Part shown: in pieces, positions 1-12,545 of the stretch
How positions within the stretch are numbered: the first letter of the stretch is position 1
Layout: each line of letters opens with the position of its first letter
Assembly (NCBI GenBank): GCA_030390025.1
Contig: JASTWF010000033.1
Coordinates: forward strand, 2,730,001-2,794,000
Origin: Squalus acanthias
Taxonomy: Eukaryota
DNA: 64,000 nt
Reading direction: 5' to 3'
Made by a program: the position numbers and the translations under genes
The notes under the pieces: model-generated
What the model saw: the letters and a program-made list of their open reading frames with translations, nothing else
Told to the model about the DNA's origin: nothing
Database searches by the model: none

Positions 1-451
1 TGTAGTAGCAGCGGTGAGGTTGCTGTTTTGTTAATTTAGCAACCCCGCCATCTAACGCTGCACTTTATAATTACAGGAGAAGGGACTTCATACATTGTAA
101 GGACTGTCTGGCAGAGACATTCGATTCTGCTTATTGTATGCAATGCAAATCAATGTAGGTGAACAGGTGGAGACTTGTGTGATCTGTAGGAACAATAAAC
201 TATTCACAGAGACGTCAGCATTGAACACAATGACTCTCAAAATGCAATCATTGAACACGGGGATAGTGAACAGAAAGCAGGCGCAGCATGTTAGGATTAA
301 ATGAAAAAAAGCCATTGAGGAAGACATTGGAGACTCGCGGGAGAGCTAGAGAGGAGCGATCGAGAAAGAGTCTGAGAAGTAAAACTAGAGGGAGGGGTGA
401 GGAAAGAGAGAGAGTGTTCGAGAGAGAGAGAGAGAGATTACAAAGGAAGCC

Positions 452-555
452 ATAAGATATACGGCACAGAAAAATGCCATTCGGCCCAACCAGTTCATGC
501 TGGCATTTATGCTCGACTCGAGCCTCCTCCCGTCTTTACTCATCTAACTCTATCA
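452..555 (-). mobile_element. CR1 LINE 3' end fragment
   Basis: cataagatatacggcacagaaaaatgccattcggccc resembles the reverse-complemented CR1 3' ends elsewhere in the window (e.g. 44990, 33960). Confidence 0.5.
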
Positions 556-1059
556 GCTCCTGACTCTCCTCCAGCTGCCATATTTCCTTTTTCTTCTCCC
601 ACTCCAAATCTCACTCACTGGCCCGACCTCCAGCTGCCTCCTCCCGTTAAGTGCCAGCCCCTGTCGGCTCTCTTAACCCAGAGCAAAAACCACCTTCACA
701 TCACGTCTGTACCCAAACCCCGCCTGCCTTCACTCTGGAGCCCAAATCCGGTTTTATTACATTGGATTCTGACTCCCCAAAGCCCTGCTCCCTTCCACAC
801 CGGCACTGCGCCGTCACTCCGCCCTTCCAGTGCATCCGGTGCTCACTTTATTCACTGTCTGTATCGAACTCCCAATTCATTCTCCATAAATGTGTTGCAA
901 ACATTTCTCTGCCCGAAAGCGCTGCCCAGGTCCAGGAATCAGTTACCACCGTTCGATGCAGCAACAAAGCTGGAAATTTCAGCCCAGATGCTGTCAAACT
1001 GTTGACTTGGCTCCAGGTCTGATCACTAATTTCTCAGCTTCCCTTTTTCTCTCTTACAG

Positions 1060-2816
1060 TTAACTTGGTGGCGATTGTGATCCTGTCCCGAGGAAAGTGC
1101 GGTCTCTCCAAATGCATCACTCGCTACCTGGTGGGAATGGCAGCAGCCGATCTCCTGGTCGTCATGACTGATCCCATATTGAGGTCGTCTACCTGATATA
1201 TTTCCCAGATTCATTCCTGAACATTACTCCGCTGTATACTCTCACACTCTTCCTGATTTTTGCTACAACGATGGTTTATGTCTGGTTCATAGAAACATCG
1301 AAGATAGGAGCAGGAGTAGGCCATTTGGCCCCACGAGCCTGCTCCGCATTTAATGAGATCATGGCTGATCATCCAAATTCAGTACCCTGTCACTGTTTTC
1401 TCCCCATATTCCTTGATCCCTTTAGCCTTAAGAAATATATCTAACTCCTTCTTGAATATATTTAATGAATTGGCCTCAACTGCCTTCTGTGAAAGAGAAT
1501 TCCACAGGTTCAGCACTCTCTGGGTGAAGAAATTCCGCCTCATCTCAGTCCTAAATGGCTTAACACTTATCCTTAGACTGTGACCCCTGGTTCTGGACAC
1601 CCCCGCCATGGGAAACATCCTTCAAGCATCTAGTCTGTCTAGCCCAGTTAGAATTTTAAAAGTTTCAATGAGATCCCCTCTCATTCTTCTAAACTCCAGC
1701 GAATATAAGCCTAATCGACCTAAACTCTCCTCATACGTCATTCCTGCCATCCCAGGTATCAGCCTTGTGAATCTTCGCTGTACTCTCTACATGGCAAGAA
1801 CATCCTTCGTCAGATAAGTTGACCAAAACTTCACACAATACTCAAGCTGTAGTCTGACCAAGGCGCTGTACAACTGCAGCAAGACATTCTTGCACCTGTA
1901 CTCGAATCCTCTCGCTATGAAGGCCAACATACTATTTGCCTTCTTAACCGCCTGCTGCACCTGCATGCTTACCTTCAGCGAATGCTGCGCAAGGACACCA
2001 TGGTCTCGTTGCACTTCCCCTTTTCCCAATCTATTGCCGTTCAGTTAATAATCTGTGTTCCTGTTTTTGCCACCGAAGTCTATAACCTCGCATTTACCCA
2101 CATTATACTGCATCTGCCATGCATCTGCCCAATCACCGAACAAGTCCGTCGCTTTCACCTTTGATCGATTTGTGGCCATTTGTTGTGAGAATCTGAAAGC
2201 AAGATATTGCACCGAGAAAACGGCGGCTGTGGTTATCGGAACAGTGAGTGTGCTGGGCTGTTTAGAGTCTGTCCCCTGGTTCTTTATACCTGAACCTTAC
2301 TAAATAATTGATAATGTGCCCTGGTATTGTGTCACTAAACCGAGCTTCTTGACTTCCCCCGCTTGGGCCGCATTTGACTTGTTTCACCGCATTTTAACCC
2401 CTTATACCCCGTTCTTTCTGATTTTGCTGCTCAATTCTCTGACGGTCAGACGTATTTTAGTGTCCAGTAGAGTCCGCAGGGGACTCCGGGGCCGCAACGA
2501 TGGAGAGGATCACAAGGACGCATAGATGGAGAACCGAAAGAAATCCATCGTTTTACTCTTCAGTATAACCGTCAGTTTTATATTGTTCTGGGCGAGACAG
2601 GTTGTATTTTACATCTTTCAGCGAATTACTAAGAGTTATCCTTCCTCCGTCACTGACCCTCTTCATATCACAGGACAAACAGCAGGAATGCTTCAGGTTC
2701 TCAGTTCCTGCACTAACACGTGTATTTACTTAGTGACCCAGACTAAATTCAGAGAGGAGCTGAAGACCGCGATGAAATACCCACTCAATCTAATTGTTAA
2801 ATTAGTTAAATCATAG
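1060..2816 (+). pseudogene. GPR139/GPR142-like class A GPCR, exon 2 (TM1 end to TM7), disrupted
   Basis: Polypyrimidine tract + ag at 1058-1059, then (V)NLVAIVILSRGKCGLSKCITRYLVGMAAADLLVV. AFTFDRFVAICC (DRY-like), TM5-7 and NTCIY (NPxxY-like) follow. Frameshift near 1185-1196, CR1 insertion 1290-2145, in-frame stops at 2301-2303 and 2523-2525. Confidence 0.9.
1290..2145 (-). mobile_element. 5'-truncated CR1 LINE inserted into GPCR TM3
   Basis: RT C-terminal ORFs (FFTQRVLNLWNSL; LEYCVKFWS) and ATAGAAAC tail; removing it rejoins TGGTTCA|CCGTCGCT = W-F-T-V-A. Confidence 0.93.
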
Positions 2817-3132
2817 AAAGAGCTGGAGGGTTTGAGGCACAAGAACTACATCCCATTTCACCCTCTATCTCCTGCACTCCCCACTGGAAGGACAGTACTT
2901 TTTACATTCGCAGCACCGAGCCCTGAGAGGATCTGAAAACTGATTTGGATGCAATATTTTATTAAATATCCGTCCGACTGAGGCGGGTCTCCTTTGCAGA
3001 CGACAAATGGATTGTTTTACCAAAGGGCGGCGCTAAAGAGCTCAGCAGGACTTCAACTGAAGAAGCTGCCAATCAAAGTAGCTGCTGCTGGCCCTCTGAC
3101 AGAATGACACAGATTGATAGAAAGCTAGATCG

Positions 3133-3575
3133 TCTTGCATTTATATAGCGCCTTTCACGACCACCTGGTGTCCCAAAGCGCTTTACAGCCAATGAAGTAC
3201 TTTTTGAAGTGTAGTCACTGTTGTAATGTAGGATGCAAGGCAATCAATTTGCGCAAAGCAAGCTTCCACAAACAGCAATTTGATAATGAACAGAGTGTTG
3301 AGTGAGGGAAAAATACTTGCCAGGACACCGGGGATAACTTCCCTGCACTTCTTAGAAAGAGTGTCATCGAATCTTTTGGGTGCAACTGAGAGAGAAGACG
3401 GGTCCTCGGTTTGACATCTCATCCGAAAGTCGGCACTTCCGACAGTGAAGCGCTCCCTCAGCACTCTACTGGAGTTTCAGCCTGGATTTCTGAACTCAAG
3501 TCTCTGGAGTGGGACAATGAACACACAACCGTCTGACTCAGATTCGAGGGTGCTACCAACTGAGCCACCGCTGAT
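3133..3575 (-). mobile_element. tRNA-derived DeuSINE (SacSINE1/AmnSINE1-like)
   Basis: Minus strand: A-box GGTGGCTCAGTTGGTAGCA, Deu-domain-like GAGGGAGCGCTTCACTGTCGGAAGTGCCGACTTTCGGATGAGA, and L2-type tail GGCGCTATATAAATGCAAG. Confidence 0.8.
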
Positions 3576-3579
3576 AATG

Positions 3580-4715
3580 TAGGAACATAAATTGAAAGGT
3601 AGGCAGATGTAAGGAGAGATGATAAAATAATAGATAGAGAGAAATTATGGACACATAGATAGATGGAGAGGGAAACACACAGCGAGTAACAGAGAGGTGG
3701 AGAAGCAGGAAATAAAAATAATGGTGAGAGTTGGAATCAGATAAAGCAACAGATAGAGAGACAGAGAAAAAGGGCAATTTTCAAAAAGCGAGATGGAAAC
3801 AGGAGCAGAGAGAGAAACTCAGGCACAGGAAGAAAAATTAACAGAGGGAGATCGAAAAAAAGGGATGGAAACACAAAAAGGGAGATAGAGAGAAGAGGAG
3901 AGAGGCAGAATAGCGTGAAACAGAGAGATAGACAAACACAGAGTAGAAAAATAAAGATATAGAGAGATACAGAACTACGATAAACAGCGAAAACGGAGCG
4001 TTCGATCGAAACAAAACAAGGAGAAATATAGACAAACAGAGAGAGAGAGGGGGCAATTAATCCTTTGTAACTCAAGGTGTAGAACCTCTGCCGGTAGCAC
4101 TCACTACAGCTGCTCTTGGGAAGTGAAAATGAGAGAGAGAATCGAGAAAGAGTGAGGCAAGGAAAGAATGATACAAACAGAGAGAGACAGACACACGGCA
4201 AGGTGCAGACAGAAAGGGGTAAAGATGGAGCACGCGACAGCAATCAGAGAGAGAGACAGAATAATTCTGGAAGAGATAAGAGACTGGAAATATAGGAAGT
4301 CAGAGAGAGAGTAATGCAAAAAATCGGAGACAGTAGCTCAATAGCGAAAAGGAGCAGAGAGTAACGATAGAAATTAGAAGGTGAAGAGGCACACAAACGT
4401 GAAAACCGAATAGAAACACAAAGAAGCAGAGATTGAAACATGTAGAGGGGGAATCAGGCAGAGACAGTCATGAAGCAAAAATGAATAGAAAGGAAGAACT
4501 GGATAGAATTAAAGAACAAATGAACAGCGAGAATGAAGGAAAGAAGGAAAGAAAGAAAATATTCCGGGGGACGAGAATATGTAAGTATTAAGAACAGGTA
4601 CCGAAAATCAATAAATCAGCTAGTAGAAAGCGAGGGAGAGAGAGAGTTGAGAGGGGTAGACAGATGGAGAAAGTAACTGAGGGGCACAGATAAAGTTATA
4701 TAGAGGGAGAGGGAA
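3580..4715. repeat. GA-rich low-complexity tract
   Basis: Strong purine bias; overlapping minus-strand S/L/F-rich ORFs are compositional. Confidence 0.85.
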
Positions 4716-4982
4716 GTGATCCACAATTGGCGGCGTGCCTTCAGCTGCCTGGGCGCTAAGCTCTGGAATTACCTCCCTAAACCTTTCAGTCTCTCTACCT
4801 CTCTCTCCTCCTTTAAGATGCTCCTTCAAACATACGTCCGTAACCAAGCTTTTGGTCATCTGTCCAGATATCTGCGCCTGTGGCTCGGTGTCAAAAGTGA
4901 TTTTATTGATATCACTCTTGTTAAGCGCCTTATGGACGTTTTGCTGTGTTAAATGCGCTACATAAATGTAAGTTGTTGTTTT
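4716..4982 (+). mobile_element. L2-type LINE 3' end
   Basis: RAFSCLGAKLWNYLP...FKMLLQTY C-terminus, then GCGCTACATAAATGTAAGTTGTTGTT tail. Confidence 0.75.
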
Positions 4983-5051
4983 ATGAAAGACGGGAACATA
5001 TACACAGCGAAACCCAGTAAGAGGTTGAAAACTTTTGGTGCACAATACAAT

Positions 5052-5810
5052 GGCCTAGAAATTCGGGTGGCCGGCTTGCCGCGGGGGTAAGGATCGCGCG
5101 TGCTCTTACCTACTGCGCCTGCCGTTGTGTTTCGGGCCCAAAGGAACTTCGGGTCCTCGGCCTCTCCCTAGTGCCGATGCGCAGAGCTTGCGTGTCTCAG
5201 GGGCGCAGTTCGTGCTATGCGATCCCTGGGATCACGTGGGCCATGGAGAGCCAATGGCAGCAGACCATCTTTCATTCATAGATTTGACAGGAGACCTGTC
5301 AAATCTGTGAATTGAAATCGGCACTTAAAGAACAGCTAAACCTCAAATAAATAAAAAAAAATCACATTAATGAAATAACTATAGTTAAATAAATTAAACA
5401 CTTTAAACAAAAATTTAAATTTTTGAAAAAATTTAAATTCTTTTTAAAAGTTACAAAAATAAACTTACCTTTCTTTAAAGTCTCTAAAAAAGATAAACCT
5501 GTTGAAAAAAAATTAAAATTATATTTAATTAACTACTTACCTTGTTCAAAGGGGGTCTTACGCCTCCTTTTTACTTGTGTAGAATCTACCATACTTACCC
5601 TCGCGTTGAAACCTGAAAAAAATCCTAAGTGTGCTGCATGCGTGCAGCCTCTAGCGCACACGCGGTTCACTTCGGAACCGCCCCCTTCGTCATACCGGAA
5701 GTGCCGGTTTCCCGCGCATGCGCAGTGCATGCAGGAATCCGGCACTTCGGGAACGAATACGGCTGAGTACGCAGCGGGTACTCTCCCGTATTCGGCCGAA
5801 TTTTTGGGCC
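5052..5810. mobile_element. MITE family A copy 1 (PIF/Harbinger-like non-autonomous DNA transposon)
   Basis: TIRs GGCCTAGAAATTC / GAATTTTTGGGCC, AAT duplicated on both sides; homologous to four other copies in the window. Confidence 0.88.
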
Positions 5811-5992
5811 AATGTTTTCTTTAAGATGCATTTATACAGCTTCTTTTACATCTACACATCGCAATACACTTTATACAAAGAAATACCTCTGAAGTCTGGA
5901 GCCTGTTATGTCGCTAATGTGTTAATGAATATAACTGTGTGATGTGTCTGAACAAATGAATGTTACAGGTTCATTTCCAATGCATTACTATG

Positions 5993-8900
5993 GGCCGGTG
6001 TCGGGAGCGGAGAGAGCGATGGTTCAGTGAGCATCTGAACTCACTTTTGCGGGCTTTCTTTGCAGAGGCCGGTGTCGGGAGTGAGGAGAGCGACGGTTCA
6101 GTGATTATTTAAACACACTTTCGCAGGCTTTTTTACAGAGGCTTACCAATCTCACAGACCGGCGGCGGCGTTCCAGAGGCACGTCACGATTCAAAAAGTG
6201 ACGCGGGCAAGAGGAAGCAGCTGATTGGGTGAGTACGGCCAGGTGAGTATTTATACTACTCTATAGTTTGAAAGTTAAGGTTAATATTTATAAAGTTTAG
6301 AAGGTCTTAATTTTGAGGTTTTAGTTGTTAAAGTCTCTGTTGTGTAGCGGGGAGTGCTGATAAACAAGGGCCCTCGACTATTCATTTAATTGTAGTGTAA
6401 TTTGTGTTCTTGATTTGATTAATTTAATTTAAATTAGTTAAAGGGTAATTCATGTCAGCAGAGCTCGGCCCCGTGGCATGCTCCTCCTGCACTATGTGGG
6501 AAATCAGGGACACTTCCTGTGTCCCTGACAACCATGTGTGCGGGAAGTGTATCCAGCTGCAGCTACCGGCAGACCGCATTGCGGCTTTGGAGCTGCGGAT
6601 AGATACATACTGGAGCATTCGCAATGCTGAGAGCTCGTGGATAGAACGTTTAATGAGTTGGTCACGCCGCAGGTAAAGGCTGCACAGTCAGCAAGGGAAT
6701 GGGGGACCGCCAGGCAGAGTAGCAGGCGCAGGCAGGTAGTGCAGGGGTCCCCTGTGGCCATCCCCCTCTCAAACAGATATTCCGCTTTGGATATTGTTGA
6801 GGAGGATGGCTTTTCGGAGGAAGGCAGCAGCAACCAACTGCTGCACAGGACGGGAGGAAAAAGAGTGGGAGAGCTATAGTGATAGGGGATTCTATTGTAA
6901 GGGGAATAGATAGGCGTTTCTGCGGCCGCAAACGAGACTCCAGGATGGTGTGTTGCCTCCCTGGTGCAAGGGTCAAGGATGTCTCGGAGCGACTGCAAGG
7001 TAATCTGGAGGGGGAAGTTGAACAGCCAGTTGCAGTGTTGCATATAGGTACCGACGACATAGGTAAAACACGGGATGAGGTCCTAAAAGCTGAATATAGA
7101 GAGTTAGGAGGTAAATTTAAAGATTGGACCTCAAAGGTAGTAATCTCAGGATTGCTACCAGTGCCACGTACTAGTCAGAGTACAAATAGAAGGATATTTC
7201 AGAATAATACGTGGCTAGAAGAATGGTGCAAAGGGGAGAGATTCAAATTCCTGAGACAATGGAACCGGTTCTGGGGGAGGTGGGACCAGTACAAACTGAA
7301 CGGTTTGCACCTGGGCAGGACCGGGACCGATGTCCTAGGGGGAGTGCTTGCTAGTGCTGTTGGGGAGGGTTTAAACTTAAATGGCAGGGGTTTCGGAACC
7401 TGTGAAGAGAGTCAGAGGAAAAAGAAGCAAGGATAGAAGTAAAAGACAGGAAGGTGAAAAGCAAAAGTGGAAGGCAGAGAAATCAAGTGTGTAAATCAAA
7501 CATGGCCACAGTAAACAATAATTCCACAAGTTCTTAGAGTGTTAAAGAAACAAGCCTGAAGGCATTCGTAATAAGGAGGATGAATTAGCTGTGCAAATAG
7601 ACGTAACTGGATATGATATATTTGGGATTACGGAGACATGGCTCCAGGGTGACCAAGGCTGGGAATTCAACATCCAGGGGTATTCCATATTCTGTAAGGA
7701 CAGGCAAAAAGGAAAATGAGGTGGGGTAGCATTGCTGGTTAAAGAGGAGATTAACGAAATAGTAAGGAACGATATTAGCTGTGATGATGTGGAATCTGTA
7801 TGGGTAGAGCTGAGCAATACGAAGGGGCTGAAAACATTAGTGGGAGTTGTATATAGACCCCCAAACAATAATGCTGAAATTGGGGATGGCATTAAACGGG
7901 AAATTAGAGATGCGTGCATTAAGGGCACAGCAGTTATCATGGGTGACTTTAATCTACATATAGATTGGGCTAACCAAATCAGTAGCAATACTGTGGAAGA
8001 GGAATTCCTAGAGTGTATACGGGATGGTTTCCTGGACGAATATGTCGAGAAACCAACAAGAGATCAGGCCATCTTAGACTGGGTATTATAAAATGAGAGA
8101 GCATTAATTAGCAATCTTGTTGTGCGAGGCCCCTTGGGGAGGAGCGATCATAATATGTTGGAATTCTTCATTAAGATGGAGAGTGAAGTAGTTGTTGACT
8201 CAGTGATTGGGGCTGGATTTTGTCTTAGGGTCGGATTGGGGTCGTGTTACCCACATTTCGTGTTGCCCCCCGCCCCCCACTCCAGATTAATGTGGATGAA
8301 TGATGCAATTTTCACTTAATTGGGTAATTGAGTTCCAGCATGTGGGAACCCATGAACCAATTAGTGGTTTCAGTCTGAAAGTCTCCTCTGAGGTTGTCAT
8401 CATTGCAGGTCAGAGACTGCCTGCCTGGTCTCAGAGATTGCCTTACTTTTGGTGTGAGAGGACCTGGATGCAAAATGAGCAGCAGCTCTAAGGACAGAGA
8501 GAGAGAGAGAGAGAGAGAGAATTTTTCTTGCATCCAGGTCCTCTCAAAGTAAAGGCCAGCCAGTTTCTGAAGATATTCAATGCAGCAGCATCAAAGGCGA
8601 CTTTCAGACTTACTACAACTACTACCTTCATCACATCTCCATTGTAATAGTGGATCTGCAGCTGATAGATAGCCATCCAGTTGTGCTCCCGCCAGGTTTC
8701 ACTGGTGTGTTTCACATCAGGCGTACTTCATGTCGGAAAAGGGTTAAACTAGTTAAACGTTTCAAAATGGCATTACAGAGCCAATTTAGGGATATTTAAG
8801 AGTGTTAATGGCCTCTCGCGCCTCTTGGAGGTGGGACGGAGACGGGAACACCGCGACCCATTTAGTCAAAATTGCGTGGAGGCGTGTTGAAGTCGGGATG

Positions 8901-11211
8901 GGGTCGGGACCCCCGCATCTGCTACTTTAACCCCCCACACGCCTCTAAACCCGACTCCACGGGTCATTCAAAATCCAGCCCTAGGGTACTGAACTTAAAT
9001 AAAGGAAACTACGATGGTATGAGGCGCGAGTTGGCTAGGATGGATTGGGGAATGTTACTTAAAGAGTTGACGGTGGATAGGCAATGGCAAACATTTAAAG
9101 ATCGCATGGATGAACTACAGAATTTGTTCATCACTGTTTGGCATGAAAATAAAACAAAAAAGGTGACTCAAGCGTGGCTAACAAGGGAAATTAGGGATAG
9201 CATAAGATCCAAGGAGAGGGGCTATAAATTGGCCAGAAAAAGCAGCAAACCTGAGAATTGGGAGCAGTTCAGGATTCAGCAAAGGTGGACAAAGGGATTA
9301 ATTAAGAGCGGGAAAATGGAGTATGAGAGTAAGCTTGCAAGGAACATAAAAACTGACTGTAAAAGCTTCTATAGATATGTGAAGAGAAAAAGATTGTTGA
9401 AGTCAAGCGTAGGGCCCTTGCAGTCAGAATCAGGGGAATTTATAATAGGGAACAAAGAAATGGCAGAACAATTAAATACATACTTTGGTTCTGTCTTCAG
9501 AAAGGAGAACACAAATAAACTCCCATAGATGTTGGGGAACATAGGGTCTAATGGGAGGGAGGAATTGAATGAAATCAGTATTTGTAGGGAAATGGTGTTA
9601 GGGAAATTGACGATATTGAAGGCCGATAATTCCCCAGGGCCTGATAATCTTCATCCCAGGGTAATTAAGGAAGTGGCTCTAGAAATAGTAGATGCATTGT
9701 TGGACATCTTCCAAAATTCTATAGACTCTCGAAACGTTCCTATGGATTGGAGGGTAGCTATTGCAAACACACTATTAAAAAAAAGGTGGTAGAGAGAAAA
9801 CGGGGAATTATAGACCGGTAAGCCTGACATCCGTAGTGGGGAAAATGCTAGAGTCCATTATAAAAAGTGTAATAGCAGAGCACTGGGAAAACAGTGACAG
9901 GATCGGACAAAGTCAACATGGATTTACAAAAGGTATATAATGCTTGACTAATGTACTGGAATTTTTTGCGGATGTAACTGGTAGAATAGATAAGGGAGAA
10001 CCAGATGATGTGGTGTATTTGGACTTTCAGAAGGCTTTCGATAAGGTGCCGCATAAGAGATTAGCGTGCAAAGTTAAAGCACATGGGATTGGGGGTGAGG
10101 TACTGACTTGGATAGAAAACTGTTTGGCAGACAGGAAGCAAAGAGTTGGAATAAACGGGTCTTTTTCCAAGTGGCAGGCAGTGACTAGTGGGGTACCGCA
10201 GGGATCGGTGCTAGGACCCCAGTTATTCACAATATATATTAATGATCTAGATGAGGGAACGAGATGTAATATCTTCAAGTTTGCAGGCGACACAAAGCTG
10301 GGTGTGCGTGTGTGCTGTGAGGAGGATGCAGAGAAACTCCAGTATGATTTGGACAGGTTGACTGATTGGGCAGATGCATGGCAGATGCAGCATAATGTGA
10401 ATAAATGCGAGGTTATCCATCTGGTGTCAAAAAAAGGAAGGCAGATTATTATCTGAACGGCAATAGATTGGGAAAAGGGGAAGTGCAACGAGACCTGGGT
10501 GTCCTTGTGCACCAGTCCCCCTAGGTAAGCATGCAGGTGCAGTAGGCGGTTAAGAAGGCGAATGGTATGCTGGCCTTCATAGTGAGAGGATTCGAGTACA
10601 GGTGCAGGAATGTCTTGCTGCAGTTGTAAAGTGCCTTGGTGAGACCATACCTTGAGTATTGTGTGCAGTTTTGGTCGCCTTATCTGAGGAAGGATGTTCT
10701 TGCCATGGAGGGAGTGCAGCGAAGATTCACCAGACTGATACCTGGAATGGCAGGAATGACGTATGAAGAGAGATTGGGTCGATTAGGCTTATATTCGCCA
10801 GAGTTTAGAAGAATGAGATGGGATCTCATTGAAACTTATAAAATTCTAACAGTACTAGACAGACTAGATGCAGGAAAGCTGTTCCTGATGGCGGGGGGAG
10901 TCCAGAACCAGAGGTCACAGTCTGAGGATAAGGGCTAGCCGTTTAGGAATGAGACCAGGAGGAATTTCTTCATCCAGAGAGTGTTGAACCTGTGGAATTC
11001 TCTACCACAGCAGGCAGTTGAGACCAATTCATTAAATATATTCAAGAAGAAGTTTGATATGTTTCTTAAGGCTAAAGGGATCAAGGGATATGGGGAGAAA
11101 TCAGGGACAGGGTACTGAGTTTGGATGATCAGCCATGATCGCATTGAATGGCGGAGCAGTCTCGAGGAGACGAATGGTCTACTCCTGCTCTTATCTTCTA
11201 TGTTTCTATGT
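5993..11211 (+). mobile_element. Near full-length CR1 LINE (5' monomers, ORF1 Zn finger + SGNH esterase, ORF2 APE-RT), decayed
   Basis: CSSC...CGKC at 6452; GDSIVRG esterase 6879-7436; APE motifs GDFN and SDH; RT SGVPQGSVLGP and FAGD; TTCTATGT tail ending 11211; several stops and frameshifts. Confidence 0.93.
8210..8981. mobile_element. MITE family B inserted in CR1 ORF2
   Basis: TIRs GGGCTGGATTTT / AAAATCCAGCCC; the CR1 frame (ESEVVVDS..|..RVLNLNKGNY) resumes after it. Confidence 0.82.
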
Positions 11212-11790
11212 AATACAAACGCAGATTGGGTGATTGCTTTGCAGAACACCTTCGTTCAGTCCACAAGTTGAAACTGAGCTTCCGGTCGCCTGTCAATTTA
11301 ATTCGCTTTCCTACTCTGACCTCTCAGTCCTCGGCCTCCTACACTGAAGCTCAACTTAACCTCGAGGAACAGCACCTCGTCTTTCGATTTGGCACTTTAC
11401 AGCCTTCTGGACTCAACATCCGGTTCAACAATTTTAGATCATAACCTCTGCCCCTATTTTTTCGACAGCAGCTGCTGATGATTCTGCCATTCCCATTTAC
11501 ACCACTTCTAGACCCATATTTTGTTTCTTTGCTCGTCCCATTACCATCTCCATTTTGCCTCGCACCATCATCACTTTTGTCATTCAATGTCTCCTGCCGT
11601 CCACCCTATCAGATCTTCCCTTTTGTTCTTCCCTCCCATCCCCCCTTTCACTGCCCCTACACTTGCTTAAAATCTGTTACTCCTTCCATCTCTGATGATA
11701 GTTCATCGACCTGAAACGTTAACTTTGTTTCCCTCTCCAGAGATGCTGCCTGAACTGCTGAGTGTTTGCAGCATTGTCTGCTTATATTTC
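11212..11790 (+). mobile_element. Penelope-like element 3' fragment (GIY-YIG C-terminus and pseudo-LTR)
   Basis: LGDCFAEHLRSV...LEEQHLVFRFGTLQPSGLN; matches 41800-42450. Confidence 0.85.
11686..11724 (+). ncRNA. Minimal type I hammerhead ribozyme motif (degenerate)
   Basis: CTGATGA - helix II - GAAACGTTAACT at the end of a Penelope-like element. Confidence 0.6.
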
Positions 11791-11919
11791 ATAATTATCA
11801 TGTTACCTTTGTTTTCTTATGTATAAAACATAATATTCCCATAATGTCTAAAAATATTAATAAATCTATACAGTCTGTACACACTGGAACTAAAGTTTAT
11901 TATTAATTGTTTAATCGAA

Positions 11920-12545
11920 AGAAAGAGTCCGGGAAGACAAAGATAAAAAATTTAGAACATTAGAGAGAGAAGGCAGAGAGAAAGTCAGGGAATGACAAAC
12001 AGAGAGAGACAGATGTAACAAAGGGATAAAGGAATGGAGACAACTTTACTAATATAGTGAATGAGAAATACAAAAACAGGAACTGAATGATAGTCCAACA
12101 CTATGATAGAGAAAGACAGAGATATAAATGTAAATAGAAATAAACAGAAAGTGACAATAAGAGAAAAGGATAAATGCAGAGAAACTGAGGCTCAGAAAGA
12201 AACAAAGGCTGACAGAAGTAGAAAGAGAAATCAGTATCGCAGACGTTGAGTGAGATGGAGAGTGTGGCTGATGGAGAGAGGAGCAAAAGGCGGCAGAGAC
12301 AACCAGAGGCAGACAGACAGTAGGAGAGAGAGAGAGAGAGAGAGAGGCTGGCAGAAAAAACGGAAGAGTTACAGATGGGAAAAGATAGAGACAGCAATAG
12401 AGAGGCAGAAAGTAACAGACGTGGAAATAACAAGACAGAAAAACACACAGAAAGGAGACCGAGGAAGAGAAATATACACAGAGGGACAGAGACAACAAGA
12501 GGCAGGCAGAGGTAAAAGGAGAGATGGAGGTAGAGTCAGAGAGTG
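11920..12545. repeat. GA-rich low-complexity tract with (GA)n
   Basis: Purine-biased composition, (GA)n at ~12324-12345. Confidence 0.8.

Noticed and set aside
397..1005. 202-aa Pro/Ser-rich ORF upstream of GPCR exon 2
   Set aside because: Spans a (GA)n run, a CR1 tail and probable decayed repeat DNA inside an intron; no domain recognised
3500..3575. tRNA gene
   Set aside because: SINE head with a degenerate B box, continuous with the SINE body
3553..4441. Hydrophobic minus-strand ORFs resembling membrane proteins (also 12049-12573)
   Set aside because: Translation of CT-rich low-complexity DNA
5423..5824. ORFs inside MITE copies as transposase remnants
   Set aside because: Frames are not conserved between copies and no DDE motif is visible
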